DNA of 45,647 nucleotides, taken from Macrostomum lignano (Eukaryota). The stretch lies in the NCBI GenBank assembly GCA_002269645.1, contig NIVC01000129.1, forward strand, positions 1 to 45,647, written 5' to 3'. The position numbers and the translations under genes are program-made. How positions within the stretch are numbered: the first letter of the stretch is position 1; each line of letters starts with the position of its first letter. This document shows, piece by piece, positions 1 to 13,733 of the stretch. Under the pieces are notes generated by a model. That model did no database searches. It saw only the letters and a program-made list of their open reading frames with translations, and was not told the origin of the DNA.

Positions 1-1380
1 TGTAGGTTATGTGGACCACCTAAGAGCCAGAGCTCAAACAGACAGAGAAATCTGTTCGAGTTGTGTCTGTAGGTGAGGTGAACCACCTTCTGAGAGCCAA
101 AGCTCAAACAGACTGAGAGAGCTGCTTCAGTTGTGTCTATAGGTTATGTGGACCACCTAAGAGCCAGAGCCTCAAACAGACAGAGAAATCTGTTCGAGTT
201 GTGTCTGTAGGTTAGGTGGACCACCTTCTGAGAGCCAAAGCCTCAAACAGACTGAGAGAGCTGCTTCAGTTGTGTCTGTAGGTTATGTGGACCACCTAAG
301 AGCCAGAGCCTCAAACAGACAGAGAAATCTGTTCGAGTTGTGTCTGTAGGTTAGGTGGACCAGCTACTCAAAGCACTTCTAGGCGATAATCTGAGCCAGG
401 AATCTCCGAGAGCCTCTCGTTACACATCCAGATGTTCTGCCTTGATGCTGGCTAGCTCACTTTCTAGGAATCTGTTCTGATTGCATTCTAACAAACTGAA
501 GCATTCTCGGCACTAAACTTTCTCGGCGGCTCTGAGAGCCAGAGCCTAAACAGACAGAGAAATCTGTTCGAGTTGTGTCTGTAGGTTAGGTGGACAGCTA
601 CTCCAAAGCACTTCTGGCGATAATCTGAGCCAGGAGTCTCGAGAGACTTTCGTTACACATCCAGATGTTCTGCCTTGATGCTGGACTAGCTCACTTTCTA
701 GGAATCTGTTCTGATTGCATTCTAAAAAACTGAAGCATTCTCGGCACTAAACTTTCTCGGCGGCTCTGAGAGCACAGCCTCAAACAGACAGAGAAATCTG
801 TTCGAGTTGTGTCTGTAGGTTAGGTGGACCAGCTACTCCAAAGCACTTCTAGGCGATAATCTGAGCCAGGAATCTCCGAGAGCCTCTCGTTACACATACA
901 GATGTTCTGCCTTGATGCTGGACTAGCTCACTTTCTAGGAATCTGTTCTGATTGCATTCTAACAAACTGAAGCATTCTCGGCACTAAACTTTCTCGGCGG
1001 CTCTGAGAGCCAGAGCCTCAAACAGACAGAGAAATCTGTTCGAGTTGTGTCTGTAGGTTAGGTGGACCAGCTACTCAAAGCACTTCTAGGCGATAATCTG
1101 AGCCAGGAATCTCCAAGAGCCTCTCGTTACACATCCAGATGTTCTGCCTTGATGCTGGACTAGCTCACTTTCTAGGAATCTGTTCTGATTGCATTCTAAC
1201 AAACTGAAGCATTTTCTGCACTAAACTTTCTCGGCGGCTCTAAGAGCCAGAGCCTAAACAGACAGAGAAATCTGTTCGAGTTGTGTCTGTAGGTTAGGTG
1301 GACCACCTTCTGAGAGCCAAAGCCTCAAACAGACTGAGAGAGCTGATTCAGTTGTGTCTGTAGGTTAGGTGGACCAGCTT
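1..1380. repeat. Complex tandem repeat: two alternating ~60-bp subunits plus a ~240-bp higher-order unit (about 4 copies)
   Basis: Recurrent GAGCCAGAGCCTCAAACAGACAGAGAAATCTGTTCGAGTTGTGTCTGTAGGTTAGGTGGACCA and its variant with GACTGAGAGAGCTGCTTCAGTT. A long block GCTACTC...GGCGGCTCT starts near 362, 597, 831 and 1070. No open frame found in the long block on the minus strand. Runs off the left edge. Confidence 0.9.
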
Positions 1381-2770
1381 CTCTACAGCAATTGAGTTGC
1401 AGGCCTTGCAGCTAGCTACTTTGAGATCATCAAACGAAACTCACTTTTCTGGACGCGGTGTCGACGGATTTGCGAGCAGACTGATGATTTTCACCAGGCG
1501 ATGCGGCTTCTTCGATTTCGCAGTGGCTTTTTGCGACGGTGTTTTTTTAGTTTTTATTTTAGGCTTGGCGTCCTTTTTGCGGGTCATCATATCTTGGTTG
1601 TAGATTACAGTTTTTGGCACAATAAATTTATATATGGATGAAACTTGGAGTAAGGATTAACATTAGACCTATTAAGTATAAAAAACCGTTCTAATCTATA
1701 CAATTGCAATCCTTTAGAGTTGTATAGTATGGATTATAAGTACTTTCTTTTAAACTGTCTGTGTCTGGTCTCACTACGCCATGGTTTACGTGGACCACCC
1801 GCTTAGACATTATATATCCCTCTCTCCACTGTCTTACCTTCAGAACGCTTGCGGGTTTCCTATTGGCTGCGGTCGGTCCCATTGTTGGGGTGGATCTATC
1901 CTCCTAAGTGTTAACCAGCCAATTATAGAAAGGGAGGTCTGTCTGTCTGTCTGTCCAACCCTATACTCCTGCACATGTGTTTACGTGGACCAAACAGACA
2001 GTGAGTGTTAGGCTGACTGTTAATGCGTTCTTAGTTTTACTGGGACCGCAATCAAGTCGACCTTTTGCTAGAGAGTCAGAGACCGATCGCTAGTTAAAAG
2101 GCCCTTCTTAATTGCGTCCTCTTGATCAAATCTTTTGCATGTACATGTATGAATTGTCCTTTTCAATTAGGTAAATTGCATCTTCAACTTTGCACTTGAA
2201 AGGCTGCAGCTTAGGATCTTCTTCTTCCAAAATTGGAGGAGGATAGAACAGGATATCCCATAGTGTTTAGGATAGAATTGGCAAGCACTTAATTCATGAA
2301 GTTGCTATTTTCTTCTTGTGTAATGGTAGAGCCTCAGAAATTCGCATTTACACAGTGTGGCCATCAAGGACCACTGGGAGTTCTTGAGAAGTCATTGAAG
2401 AATACTATTTAGGCTTCACTTAAATATCTTTCTTGTCTCGGAGTCTTTATCGTTTGATCTGGTTAGCGAATTGGATTTCTTTACGTTGGTGTCTTACTCT
2501 GTGAGTCTGTGCTCAGAGTACGATACCGAAATTGCTGGAACTGAGCTAATTAAATGGAGTTTAAAGTTTACTGTATCAAATTCATTTCGCATACGAGGTT
2601 TCAGAATTTTTAATTAACCTGCGTACCTACTTGAATGTCAAAGAACTGAACGCATATTGTTTTAAAGCCAGTAGCGGTCATAATATGATGCCAACATACC
2701 CCTTTGTTCGTAAGGTAATGATCTGTAAAAAATTCAGTTTTGCATTGAATCTATGCTTAATAACTGCTAT

Positions 2771-2830
2771 ACACAAACAGACACAAACAGACACAAACAG
2801 ACACAAACAGACACAAACAGACACAAACAG
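2771..2830. repeat. (ACACAAACAG)6 decamer repeat
   Basis: Six perfect copies read directly. Confidence 0.95.
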
Positions 2831-3142
2831 ACGATTTTCGAAAAATTTTCTAAAATTTTTCGGTTTACGTGGACCAGACTCGCTCGGTTTAGGTGGACCA
2901 GGCTGGAGGTCCAGCTAAACTGAAATGCAAATAACTTTGGCAAAAACCATGCTAGACATCCCAAAATTGCTTAAGCCTTTCTTGACCCGCCTGACATTAA
3001 TGTGAGATCCTCATCAACGTCTTAACCCCACCAGAGACAAAATTATTTGGTGGTCCACCTAAGTGGTCTACCTACACCGGTTGGTCCATCTAACGAGGCT
3101 ACTGAACTTCCAAAAAGTCCACGTAAACACACAGACAGTAGA

Positions 3143-3528
<386 letters not shown>

Positions 3529-4629
3529 TCCGAGGTGAGCATCATTAGGCAACGCCTTTCCCCAGTAAGCCGTGCTGACCCCCCAGCAACCGGGGCTGTC
3601 AAACTGCCGGCAGAAGCTCCGCAGGCCAGGCAGAATCGATGTGCCGCCCTTTCCGTATCGCCGGTGGGGAGGAGAGGCGATCTCGGGGCAAAGAAAGCGA
3701 GACAAGCGGCGGCAGCAGCGGCAGCCCTTCAGTATCCTCTGGCTGACCAGCAGGCACTGACAAGATTACAGAGCTCGCCCGTATTAAGCATCGGGTTCTC
3801 GCTGCGCCATGCAATTTCTATCTTGTCAAACCGGACCCCCTCCCCGTCTCCTTTCCCTCCCGAAGCTCCGCCTACTCTTCGTCCTCCTGCTTCCAGTAGC
3901 AGAAGACCAAGAGCCCTCAGCGCTCGATTTGCTTTCGCTCAGAGCAGGCGGCAGTGGGGAGTCTGAGTGGCGCTTCTCTCGCTCAAAAGTTTGTCCCCTC
4001 ATCATAACTTTCTGCTCGACTCTTCTCAAACGCTAGGGGGGGGGTTGCTGCACTTTCCCCACTCCGAAAGCCGGCCGACTCTCATGGGAACCCCTCCCCC
4101 TGTTGTTTCTTCCAGTTGCGCAGACAGAAGTCCACACCCAATCCCATTTATACGCTTTGCGCTTGTCTTTGGGGCTTTTGATTCGAATCCTTGCCCTACG
4201 TTTATCTCTCTCAGTCTCTCTCTCTCATTTACACACCAGGGTACGGCGGCAACTCCTTTTTAGTCTTGCCAGCAGGTTTCAATACGATAGTCTCTCAGGA
4301 GTTCGCGTTGCCCGCTCCCACAGGGTGTTATCAATCACCCAATGAGCCGCTATTCCATAGCTACCTTGACCTCTGTGTCCCCCATTAAACCCGGTATTTG
4401 ATGGGTAATATTGCTTCAGGTTCCTGTGCCAGTCTGCCCGGGCCGGCTCTCCATTCCATTGATAAGAAGGATAATTTGTAGCCCCCCCCGGCTGCTTTAG
4501 GGAAACTTTTCCTACGGTAATTGTTAACGCGAACTGGTTGCCGGCTTGTCTGTATTCTTCTGCAGCCCGGGCCGGGTTCGCCAGCTTCACTGCTCTCTTC
4601 ATCTACTCTGGCTTGTTGTCTCCACTCTT

Positions 4630-5165
4630 GCTCGCTTCTCCTCTCCCATTCCCCCTCTTCTTACTCTCTCTCCCTCGCTCACTCTCCCCATCTATCTACC
4701 TCTCACTCTCCCATCTATCTACCTCTCACTCTCCCATCTATCTACCTCTCACTCTCCCAGCTATCTACCTCTCACTCTCCCATCTATCTATCTCTCACTC
4801 TCCCATCTATCTATCTCTCACTCTTCCAGCAAGCTACCTCTTTCGCACTCCCCTCTATTTTCCTCTCTCACTCTCCCATCTCTCCGATCTATCTCTCTCT
4901 CACTCTACCTACCTATCTACCTCTCACTCTCCCATCTATCTACCTCTCACTCTCCATCTATCTACCTCTCTCTTTCTTAGCTAGCTACCCCTCTCACTCC
5001 CCCTCTATCTTCCTTTCTCACTCTCTCATCTATCTAAATCTTACTCCCCCAGCTATCTACGATCTACCTCTCTGGCTCTCCCCCTTTATCTCCATCTCTC
5101 ACTCTCCTATCTCTCTCATCTATCTCCCTCTCACTCTCCCCATGCATCTACCTCTCTCATCTCAC
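4630..5165. repeat. Pyrimidine-rich degenerate minisatellite (CTCTCACTCTCCCATCTATCTAC-like, ~25 bp)
   Basis: Repeated CT-rich unit; boundaries approximate. Confidence 0.85.
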
Positions 5166-5614
5166 ACAGCGGCCTCTCGTGCTGAATCTGTATTTATAAA
5201 ATCAGTGAATGTAAAAAGCAGACCGGCGCGCACCCTGCAGAGCCCACGCAGCTCGGAGAGGCCGTCGCTGACAGCAGGAACTCCGCCTCTCACTATTTTT
5301 GGACCGCCATCGGTTTGAAAAAATCGCAACCATCGGTTCCCTCTTTCGCTGTAATAAATCTTTGAACAGATATTTTTTGGGGATTTCTAAACCTGGCAAG
5401 TGCCGACAGATGGGAGGGAGGGAGGCAGCTGATGGGGGTAATAATCCCTCAGAGGAAGCCTGGCAGGCGGCAGCAACGAGGGAACCGGATGCCCGGCCGC
5501 CAATCAGCCTGGATAATCGCTGCCCGAGCGACAGGCGATTTTTATAAAGAAAAATTTTGATGAATTCCGATGCGCGCACCTGTTTAACTGCGCCTTGCAT
5601 TGGCGCGCACTGGC

Positions 5615-7066
5615 GTGAGCGCGCACCATCCTATGAGCGCGCACTATCTTAAGCGCGCACTATCCTAAGCGCGCACTATCTCATGAGCGCGCACTATCCT
5701 AAGCGCGCACTATCCCATGAGCGCGCACTATTTTAAGCGCGCACTATCCCATGAGCGCGCACTATCCCATAAGCGCGCACTGTCCTAAGCGCGTACTGTC
5801 CTAAGCGGGTACTGTCCTAAGCGCGCACTATCCCATGAGCGCGCAACATTCCAATCGCGCACTATCCCATGAGCGCGCACTATTTTAAACGCGTACTATC
5901 CATGAGCGCGCACTATCCCATGAGCGCGCACTATCCCATGAGCGCGCACTATCCTAAGCGCGCACTATCCCATGAGCGCGCACTATTTTAAGCGCGCACT
6001 ATCCCATGAGCGCGCACTATCCCATGAGCGCGCACTATCCCATGAGCGCGCACTATCCTAAGCGCGCACTATCCCATGAGCGCGCACTATTTTAAGCGCG
6101 CACTATCCCATGAGCGCGCACTATCCCATGAGCGCGCACTATCCTAAGCGCGCACTATTCCATGAGCGCGCACTATTTTAAGCGCGCACTATCCCATGAG
6201 CGCGCACTATCCTATGCGCGCACTAACATGAGCGCGCACTATCCTAAGCGCGCACTATCCCATGAGCGCGCACTATTTTAAGCGCGCACTATCCCATGAG
6301 CGCGCACTATCCCATGAGCGCGCACTATCCTAAGCGCGCACTATCCCATGAGCGCGCACTATTTTAAGCGCGCACTATCCCATGAGCGCGCACTATCCCA
6401 TGAGCGCGCATTATCCTAAGCGCGCACTATCCCATGAGCGCGCACTATCCTATGCGCGCACTAACGTGAGCGCGCACTTTCCTAAGCGCGCACTATCCTA
6501 AGCGCGCACTATCCCATGAGCGCGCACTATCCTAAGCGCGCACTATCCCATGAGCGCGCACTATTTTAAGCGCGCACTATCCCATGAGCGCGCACTATCC
6601 CATGAGCGCGCACTATCCTAAGCGCGCACTATTCCATGAGCGCGCACTATTTTAAGCGCGCACTATCCCATGAGCGCGCACTATCCTATGCGCGCACTAA
6701 CATGAGCGCGCACTATCCTAAGCGCGCACTATCCCATGAGCGCGCACTATTTTAAGCGCGCACTATCCCATGAGCGCGCACTATCCCATGAGCGCGCACT
6801 ATCCTAAGCGCGCACTATCCCATGAGCGCGCACTATTTTAAGCGCGCACTATCCCATGAGCGCGCACTATCCCATGAGCGCGCATTATCCTAAGCGCGCA
6901 CTATCCCATGAGCGCGCACTATTTTAAGCGCGCACTATCCCATGAGCGCGCACTATCCTATGCGCGCACTAACGTGAGCGCGCACTTTCCTAAGCGCGCA
7001 CTATCCTAAGCGCGCACTATCCCATGAGCGCGCACTATCCTAAGCGCGCACTATTCTAAGCGCGTA
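5615..7066. repeat. 17-18-bp CpG-rich minisatellite built on GCGCGC (AGCGCGCACTATCCCATG / AGCGCGCACTATCCTA / AGCGCGCACTATTTTA)
   Basis: About 80 units. Rare variants such as CCTATGCGCGCACTAAC recur near 6211, 6449, 6686 and 6958, indicating higher-order block duplication. Confidence 0.95.
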
Positions 7067-7619
7067 GTTTTATTTTTTCTAAATGTGGCACAAGAGGGCC
7101 TTGAGATGCTGCACAGTTTTGATGAGGTTAATGGACAAGTGTGCCATTGCGCCGGCACTATATGAAAATTCGCATTGGTTTGTGCGGCTACTAGCTAACA
7201 TGAAGTTCCTTACTGACCTGGATCACCAGCTAGACTTCAACCAGACCCATGCACTGGGGTTCTTCAAGTTAAGAATTTATTTCATCGGATGGCCGCTGGA
7301 GTCGAGTCAGTTATCAGTGTCAGCCCCGTCTGACAGATCGGCAATTAAAATCCTTGGCTGGCGTGTCGTCAGGGTGTGGATGGGGCGGGCCGCCTCGCTT
7401 CACACCCACTCCTTCTCAGTCCAAAAGATGCCCCAAGTACGCTCGGACTGTCGGGTGGGGGGGGGAGGGCGCTAATCCTCTTGCGGGGAAGTTCTTCAAA
7501 GTTTTGGCCTGAGTGGGAGTTTTTCCAGTTTCATTGCTGCTTGACCTGTCGATTTCAGTTTGAAAAAAGATATTCTTGCGTGATGGAACTGATTGGTAGC
7601 CTTATAAGGCTCTGAGTCG

Positions 7620-8186
7620 CTTTGTGAATATTCTGTGAATCACTGTTTGTATCTGTGAATCTATATAAGTCACTTTGAGCCAGTGTGAACTACTGTGGAC
7701 CACTGCAAATCTTTTTGAACCATTGTGAACCATTGTGAACCATTGTGAAACCACTGTGAACCACTGTGAATCTCTGTGAACCATTGTGAGCATTTTTTAA
7801 ATCTCTGTGAACCACTATGAACCACTGTGAATCTCTGTGAACCATTGTGAGCGACTGTAAATCTCTGTGAACCATTCTGAACCACTGTGAATCGCTGTGA
7901 ACCTTTGTGAGCCACTATAAATCTGTGAGCCGCTGTGAACGATCGTGAATCTATGTGACCCGTTGGGAGCCCCTGTGAATCTCTGTGAACCATTGTGAGC
8001 CACTATGAACCACTGTGAGCCATTGTGAACTACTTTAAACCATTGTGAATCAGTGTGAATCACTGTGAACCACTGTGAATCTCTGTGAACCATGGTGAAC
8101 CATTGTGAATCTCTGTGAACCATTGTGAGCCAATGTGAATTTCTGTGAATAATTGTGAGCCACTGTAAATCTCTGTGAACCATGTG
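7620..8186. repeat. Degenerate 10-bp repeat (CTGTGAACCA / CTGTGAATCT)
   Basis: TGTGAA/TGTGAG recurs with ~10-bp period; explains ORFs 7602-8330. Confidence 0.9.
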
Positions 8187-8633
8187 AATCTGGGACTGTT
8201 TTTGAAAATAAAAAGCCAGTTTCGCTTCGCCAACGCCTGTCATTGAGAAAAGGCGGCGATCACCCAGAGACAGGGGGTTTCCCACACTTCCTGGCTTGGC
8301 CACACGAGCTCTCCTTTGTTTTGCTGGCATTTCTCTTGCCCAGGCGCTGCTTCATCTCAAAAACTGCAACAACCAGCAGTCGGGATTTGGCTTCCCTTTT
8401 CCTCCCCGCTCTGGCTGACAGGTGGGTGACGACCCGAATCCCATCCGACCCTCCCCCCCCCCGGCTGTCTCATCTGACATGGGAACGGGGAGATTTCATC
8501 TCTCGGCTTCCCATTTTCACCTTAGCAATTTTTTCACCGAGCTCACAAATGGCTTCTGTTCTGCTGCTCTGGGCAAAGAAACATTGAGCAATAGATCGCT
8601 ATAGGACATCTGTAGTTGCACCGAATGTGAATG

Positions 8634-9533
8634 GAGATCTATCCACCTTGAGATCTATCCACCTTGAGATCTATCAATCTTGAGACCTATCCACCTTGAG
8701 ATCTATCCATCTTGAGATCTATCCATCTTGAGACCTATCCACCTTGAGATCTATCCACCTTGAGATCTATCCACCTTGAGACCTATCCACCTTGAGATCT
8801 ATCCACCTTGAGTTCTATCCACCTCTAGATCTATCCACCTTGAGATCTATCCACCTTGAGATCTATCCACCTTGAGATCTATCCACCTTGAGATCTATCC
8901 ACCTTGAGATCTATCCACCTTGAGATCTATCCACCTTGAGATATATCCACCTTAAGATCTATCCACTTGGAGATCTATTCACATGGAGATCTATCCACCT
9001 TGAGATCTATCCACCTTGAGATCTATCCACCTTGAGATCTATCCACCTTGAGATCTATTCACGTGGAGATCTATCCACCTCGAGATCTATCTACCTTGAG
9101 ATCTATCCACCTTAAGATCTATCCACCTTGAGATCTATCCACCTTGAGATCTATCCACCTTGAGACCTATCCACCTTGAGATCTATCCACATGGAGATCT
9201 ATCCACCTTAAGATCTATCCAGCTTGAGATCTATCCACCATGAGATCTATCCACCATGAGATCTATCCACCTTGAGATCTATCCACCTTGAGATCTATCC
9301 ACCTTGAGATATATCCACCTTAAGATCTATCCAGCTTGAGATCTATCCACCATGAGATCTATCCACCATGAGATCTATCCACCTCGAGATCTATCCACTT
9401 TGAGATCTATCTACCTTGAGATATATCCACCTTGAGATATATCCACCTTGAGACCTATCCACCTTGAGATATATCCACCTTGAGATCTATCCACCTTGAG
9501 TTCTATCCACCTCTAGATCTATCCTTATTGAGA
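8634..9533. repeat. 16-bp minisatellite (GAGATCTATCCACCTT)n
   Basis: About 55 tandem copies read directly. Confidence 0.97.
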
Positions 9534-10060
9534 CCCACCCAGTTTTAAACTCAACTCAAAGATCCACATGACTTTCAAGGTCAATAAAAATGCAGAAAAT
9601 TCTCTATGCTTCCGCAAGAACACCAAATTTCACATGTATACCTCATTTTCAGTTTTCCCCAATCAACGCAGTTTTAATTACTGACAGCAGCTCATGAATA
9701 CAGTTCAATTATCCCAAATTTTTCTGCATCACTAAAGCAAGCCTCCAGAGTACAGCTCTGCTACTCTCTTCCCAAAGCAAGAGGATACGATGAATTTCGT
9801 CTGGCAGCTGAATTATGATCAGCTTGTGGCTCACCTCTGCGCCCCCCTCCCTGCCGGCTCATGTCTCTAACCGTGTGGCAATGCCCCAGCCGTTAGTTTA
9901 AATTATCATCCCAACTCTGCTTTAGCCATGAAGGCTTCTGTACTCGTATTGCTTGCATAGACTGTTGGGGCTGGCGCAATTGTATCCATTCGTTACGAAA
10001 CGCATGGTTACAATTTATTGGCTAATTAGTTGAAGTTTTTAATATTCACATATTACATTT

Positions 10061-10670
10061 GATAGACATTGTGATATAAACATCGGGGTAGACATTGTGA
10101 TAGACATTGGGATAGACATTGTGATAGACATTGGGATAGACATTGTGATAGACATTGGGATAGACATTGTGATAGACATTTGGATAGACATCGGGATAGA
10201 CATTGGGATAGACATTGTGATAGACATTGTGAGATAGACATCGCGGTAGACATTGTGATAGACATTGGGATAGACATCGGGATAGACATTGTGATAAACA
10301 TTGTGAGATAGACATCGGGGTAGACATTGTGATAGACATTGGGATAGACATTGGGATAGACATTGTGATAGACATTGTGATAGACATTGGGATAGACATT
10401 GTGAGAGACATTGGGATAGACATCGGGATAGACATTGTGATAAACATTGTGAGATAGACATCGGGGTAGACATTGTGATAGACATTGGGATAGACATTGG
10501 GATAGACATTGTGATAGACATTGTGAGATAGACATCGGGGTAGAAATTGTGATAGACATTGGGATAGACATCGGGATAGACATTGTGTTAGACATTGTGA
10601 GATAGACATCGGGGTAGAAATTGTGATAGACATTGGGATAGACATCGGGATAGACATTGTGTTAGACATT
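10061..10670. repeat. 12-14-bp minisatellite (GATAGACATTGT / GATAGACATTGG / GATAGACATCGG)
   Basis: Tandem copies; explains ORFs 10039-10855. Confidence 0.95.
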
Positions 10671-10899
10671 AGGAGTTTTTTGTTAGAAGCAGGGGCTGCT
10701 TGTACCCTTGTGCACTTTAAGCGACATTGCCACACAACCGGCGAGAGCCATTCCGCCGGCTGCCCTAAACAGGCACACAAGCGCGCGGATGCGTACGCAG
10801 GCCACCCTCTCACACAGGGATGTACAGCGGCCCAGACTTTCTCATTGTCAGACATCTAAGGCAAGCGTAGAATCGAACTCCGGGCACTTCAGCGCTCAC

Positions 10900-11852
10900 C
10901 TGCCAAAAATGACGAACCCGTGCTGAGCATAGTTGAGCTCCTTGATCACCTGGAACAGCATCCGCACCGTCTCGCCCTCGCAGAAGCAGAGCACCACCTT
11001 GGCGCGCTTCTCGCCCTCCTCAGACGAGTTAAAGAGGCTGTGCGCCAGGTCCTGGAACTTGGCCAGCGGCTCGGCGCTGGAGATGTGCTTCTCCTGGTCG
11101 ATGCAGATGCTGTGCTCGCCGCGGTTGTCGTTGTCGATGAGCTCCTTGATCTTGCGGATGCCGCCGGCGCCGTAGTTGCCCTCGGTGTGCAGCAGCGAGA
11201 CGTAGTTCCAGCCCATCTGCCGGACAACGTCGAACATCGCCGTGGCCTGGAACGTGTCGGACGCCACGACGCGCAGGAAGTACTTGTACACGTCCTTCTT
11301 GCTGAGGTCGGTCGAGGTGGCCGAGTAGCCGATCTGGGGGATCTTGAACAGCTGCAGCAGGTTCTGCACCTGGATGGTGACGTCGGAGCCGCCGGGGCCG
11401 ATCAGCGCGGCGATGGGCTGCGTGTTGTTGCCGACGTCCTCGCAGTTGCCGAGGCGGTCGCCCCGGCTGCCGGCCAGGTGGCGGTCGGCGTGCGCCAGGC
11501 TGTTCCTGATGAAGTCGATGCTCTGCTCCAGCGCGATTGGCGCGTACCAGCAGCTGTCGCGGATGTCCAGGCCGATCCTCAGCCCAGGCAGGATGCTGGA
11601 GTCGGCGTTGATCTCCCTGATGGTCTTCATCAGCACCTCGACCCGGTGCATGCCGTAGTGCTCGCGGACCCGGCCGCACTTGCGCACGTAGGTGTCCTGG
11701 CCGGTGGGGCTCTCGTGGATGGGGAACAGCGCGCCGACCATGATGTCGCCTGGGAGTCTGGCGATGGCGCGCCGCCTCTCCGCCGAGCAGAACCGAGGGG
11801 ACAGCAGCAGCAGCAGTAGAAGCAGCAAAAAAAGGTGCCGAAGTGCTTGCAT
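10900..11852 (-). CDS. GRM1/5: Group I metabotropic glutamate receptor, first coding exon (signal peptide + N-terminal part of the Venus-flytrap domain); partial gene
   Basis: ATG at 11852, poly-Leu signal peptide, then GDIMVGALFPIH, REHYGMHRVE, IRDSCWYAPIALEQSIDFIR, IGPGGSDVTIQVQNLLQLFKIPQIGYSATS, YFLRVVASD, HTEGNYG, CFCEGETV, which match group I mGluR motifs. Ends VIFG-AG|GTGAGC, a phase-2 donor at 10899 in the Ser of the conserved GSDGW. No downstream exon recognised in 1-10899. Confidence 0.93.
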
Positions 11853-12415
11853 TAGATTTTTTTAAAGTGTATTTCCGAATTCAAGAACAGCTGAAGGTCA
11901 ATGCAGAGCTGGAAGCGGCAGGAGTGGCCATGAGGTGTTGGAGTCGCCGCAGCCGGTGCAGCTCTGGATAAGGAAAGCAGTGGAGCTGCTGGCGTCTCAC
12001 TGTTGGATACTTGCGATGAAAGTAGCATTTCTAGGAGTCACCGCAGGCAGCCGCTGGGTCGCCCATTGGTTGAGAGGCGAAGTCAGCCAATGGAAATGGG
12101 GTGCTGGCACAGTACATGTGCAGATATTAAGAAGCGAGACTGTGTTGGTATATTCAGTGGTATTTTGCGAATCTGTTTAAGGCGTCTGAAGTTTACATTA
12201 ACATTAGCCCCCTGATCCTTACTAAGAATAATCATAATGTCTTCATTACAAGCAACATACTAATAAAAAACTTCTCAAGTCTAATCTAATATCAATTAAA
12301 AAGTACAACTCACCTCCTTGGTCCTAAGGTACATTCTAAAGTCTTCCTTAGATTCATGTCTAAAGATACACTCCTACATCCACACTAAATCTATGCCTAA
12401 AGTCCTCCTTAAGAT

Positions 12416-13733
12416 CCGGAAAGATCCCTTCCTAATGATCCATTCCTAAAGATCCATTCCTAAAGATCCATTCCTAAAGATCCATTCCTAAAGATCCATT
12501 CCTAAAGATCCATTCCTAAAGATCCATTCCTACAGATCCATTCCTAAAGATCCATTCCTAAAGATCCATTCCTAAAGATCCATTCCTAAAGATCCATTCC
12601 TCCAGATCCATTTCTAAAGATCCATTCCTAGAGATCCATTCCTCCAGATCCATTCCTAGAGATCCATTCCTCCAGATCCATTCCTCCAGATCCATTCCTA
12701 GGGATCCATTCCTACAGATCCATTCCTAGGGATCCATTCCTACAGATCCATTCCTCCAGATCCATTCCTAGGGATCCATTCCTACAGATCCATTCCTCCA
12801 GATCCATTCCTAGGGATCCATTCCTACAGATCCATTCCTCCAGATCCATTCCTAGGGATCCATTCCTACAGATCCATTCCTAAAGATCCATTCCTAAAGA
12901 TCCATTCCTAAAGATCCATTCCTAAAGATCCATTCCTAGAGATCCATTCCTCCAGATCCATTCCTCCAGATCCATTCCTCCAGATCCATTTCTAGGGATC
13001 CATTCCTACAGATCCATTCCTACAGATCCATTCCTACAGATCCATTCCTACAGATCCATTCCTACAGATCCATTCCTCCAGATCCATTCCTAGGGATCCA
13101 TTCCTACAGATCCATTCCTAGGGATCCATTCCTACAGATCCATTCCTACAGATCCATTCCTCCAGATCCATTCCTAGGGATCCATTCCTACAGATCCATT
13201 CCTAGGGATCCATTCCTACAGATCCATTCCTCCAGATCCATTCCTAGGGATCCATTCCTACAGATCCATTCCTCCAGATCCATTCCTAGGGATCCATTCC
13301 TACAGATCCATTCCTCCAGATCCATTCCTAGGGATCCATTCCTCCAGATCCATTCCTAGGGATCCATTCCTACAGATCCATTCCTAAAGATCCATTCCTA
13401 AAGATCCATTCCTAAAGATCCATTCCTAAAGATCCATTCCTAGAGATCCATTCCTACAGATCCATTTCTAGGGATCCATTCCTACAGATCCATTCCTCCA
13501 GATCCATTCCTCCAGATCCATTCCTAGGGATCCATTCCTACAGATCCATTCCTCCAGATCCATTCCTAGGGATCCATTCCTACAGATCCATTCCTAAAGA
13601 TCCATTTCTAGGGATCCATTCCTACAGATCCATTCCTACAGATCCATTCCTACAGATCCATTCCTACAGATCCATTCCTAGGGATCCATTCCTACAGATC
13701 CATTCCTAGGGATCCATTCCTAAAGATTCATTC
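12416..13733. repeat. 14-bp minisatellite (AGATCCATTCCTAC/-CC/-AA; GGATCCATTCCTAG variants)
   Basis: About 90 tandem copies. Confidence 0.97.

Noticed and set aside
4279-4602. 107-aa minus-strand ATG ORF (MKRAVKLANP..)
   Set aside because: No recognisable motif or splice context; cannot be supported without a database search
7602-10855. Clusters of ORFs over the 10-bp and 12-bp arrays
   Set aside because: Tandem-repeat translations with no domain features
10920-11819. 299-aa plus-strand ORF and other overlapping ORFs
   Set aside because: Antisense shadows of the GC3-rich mGluR exon
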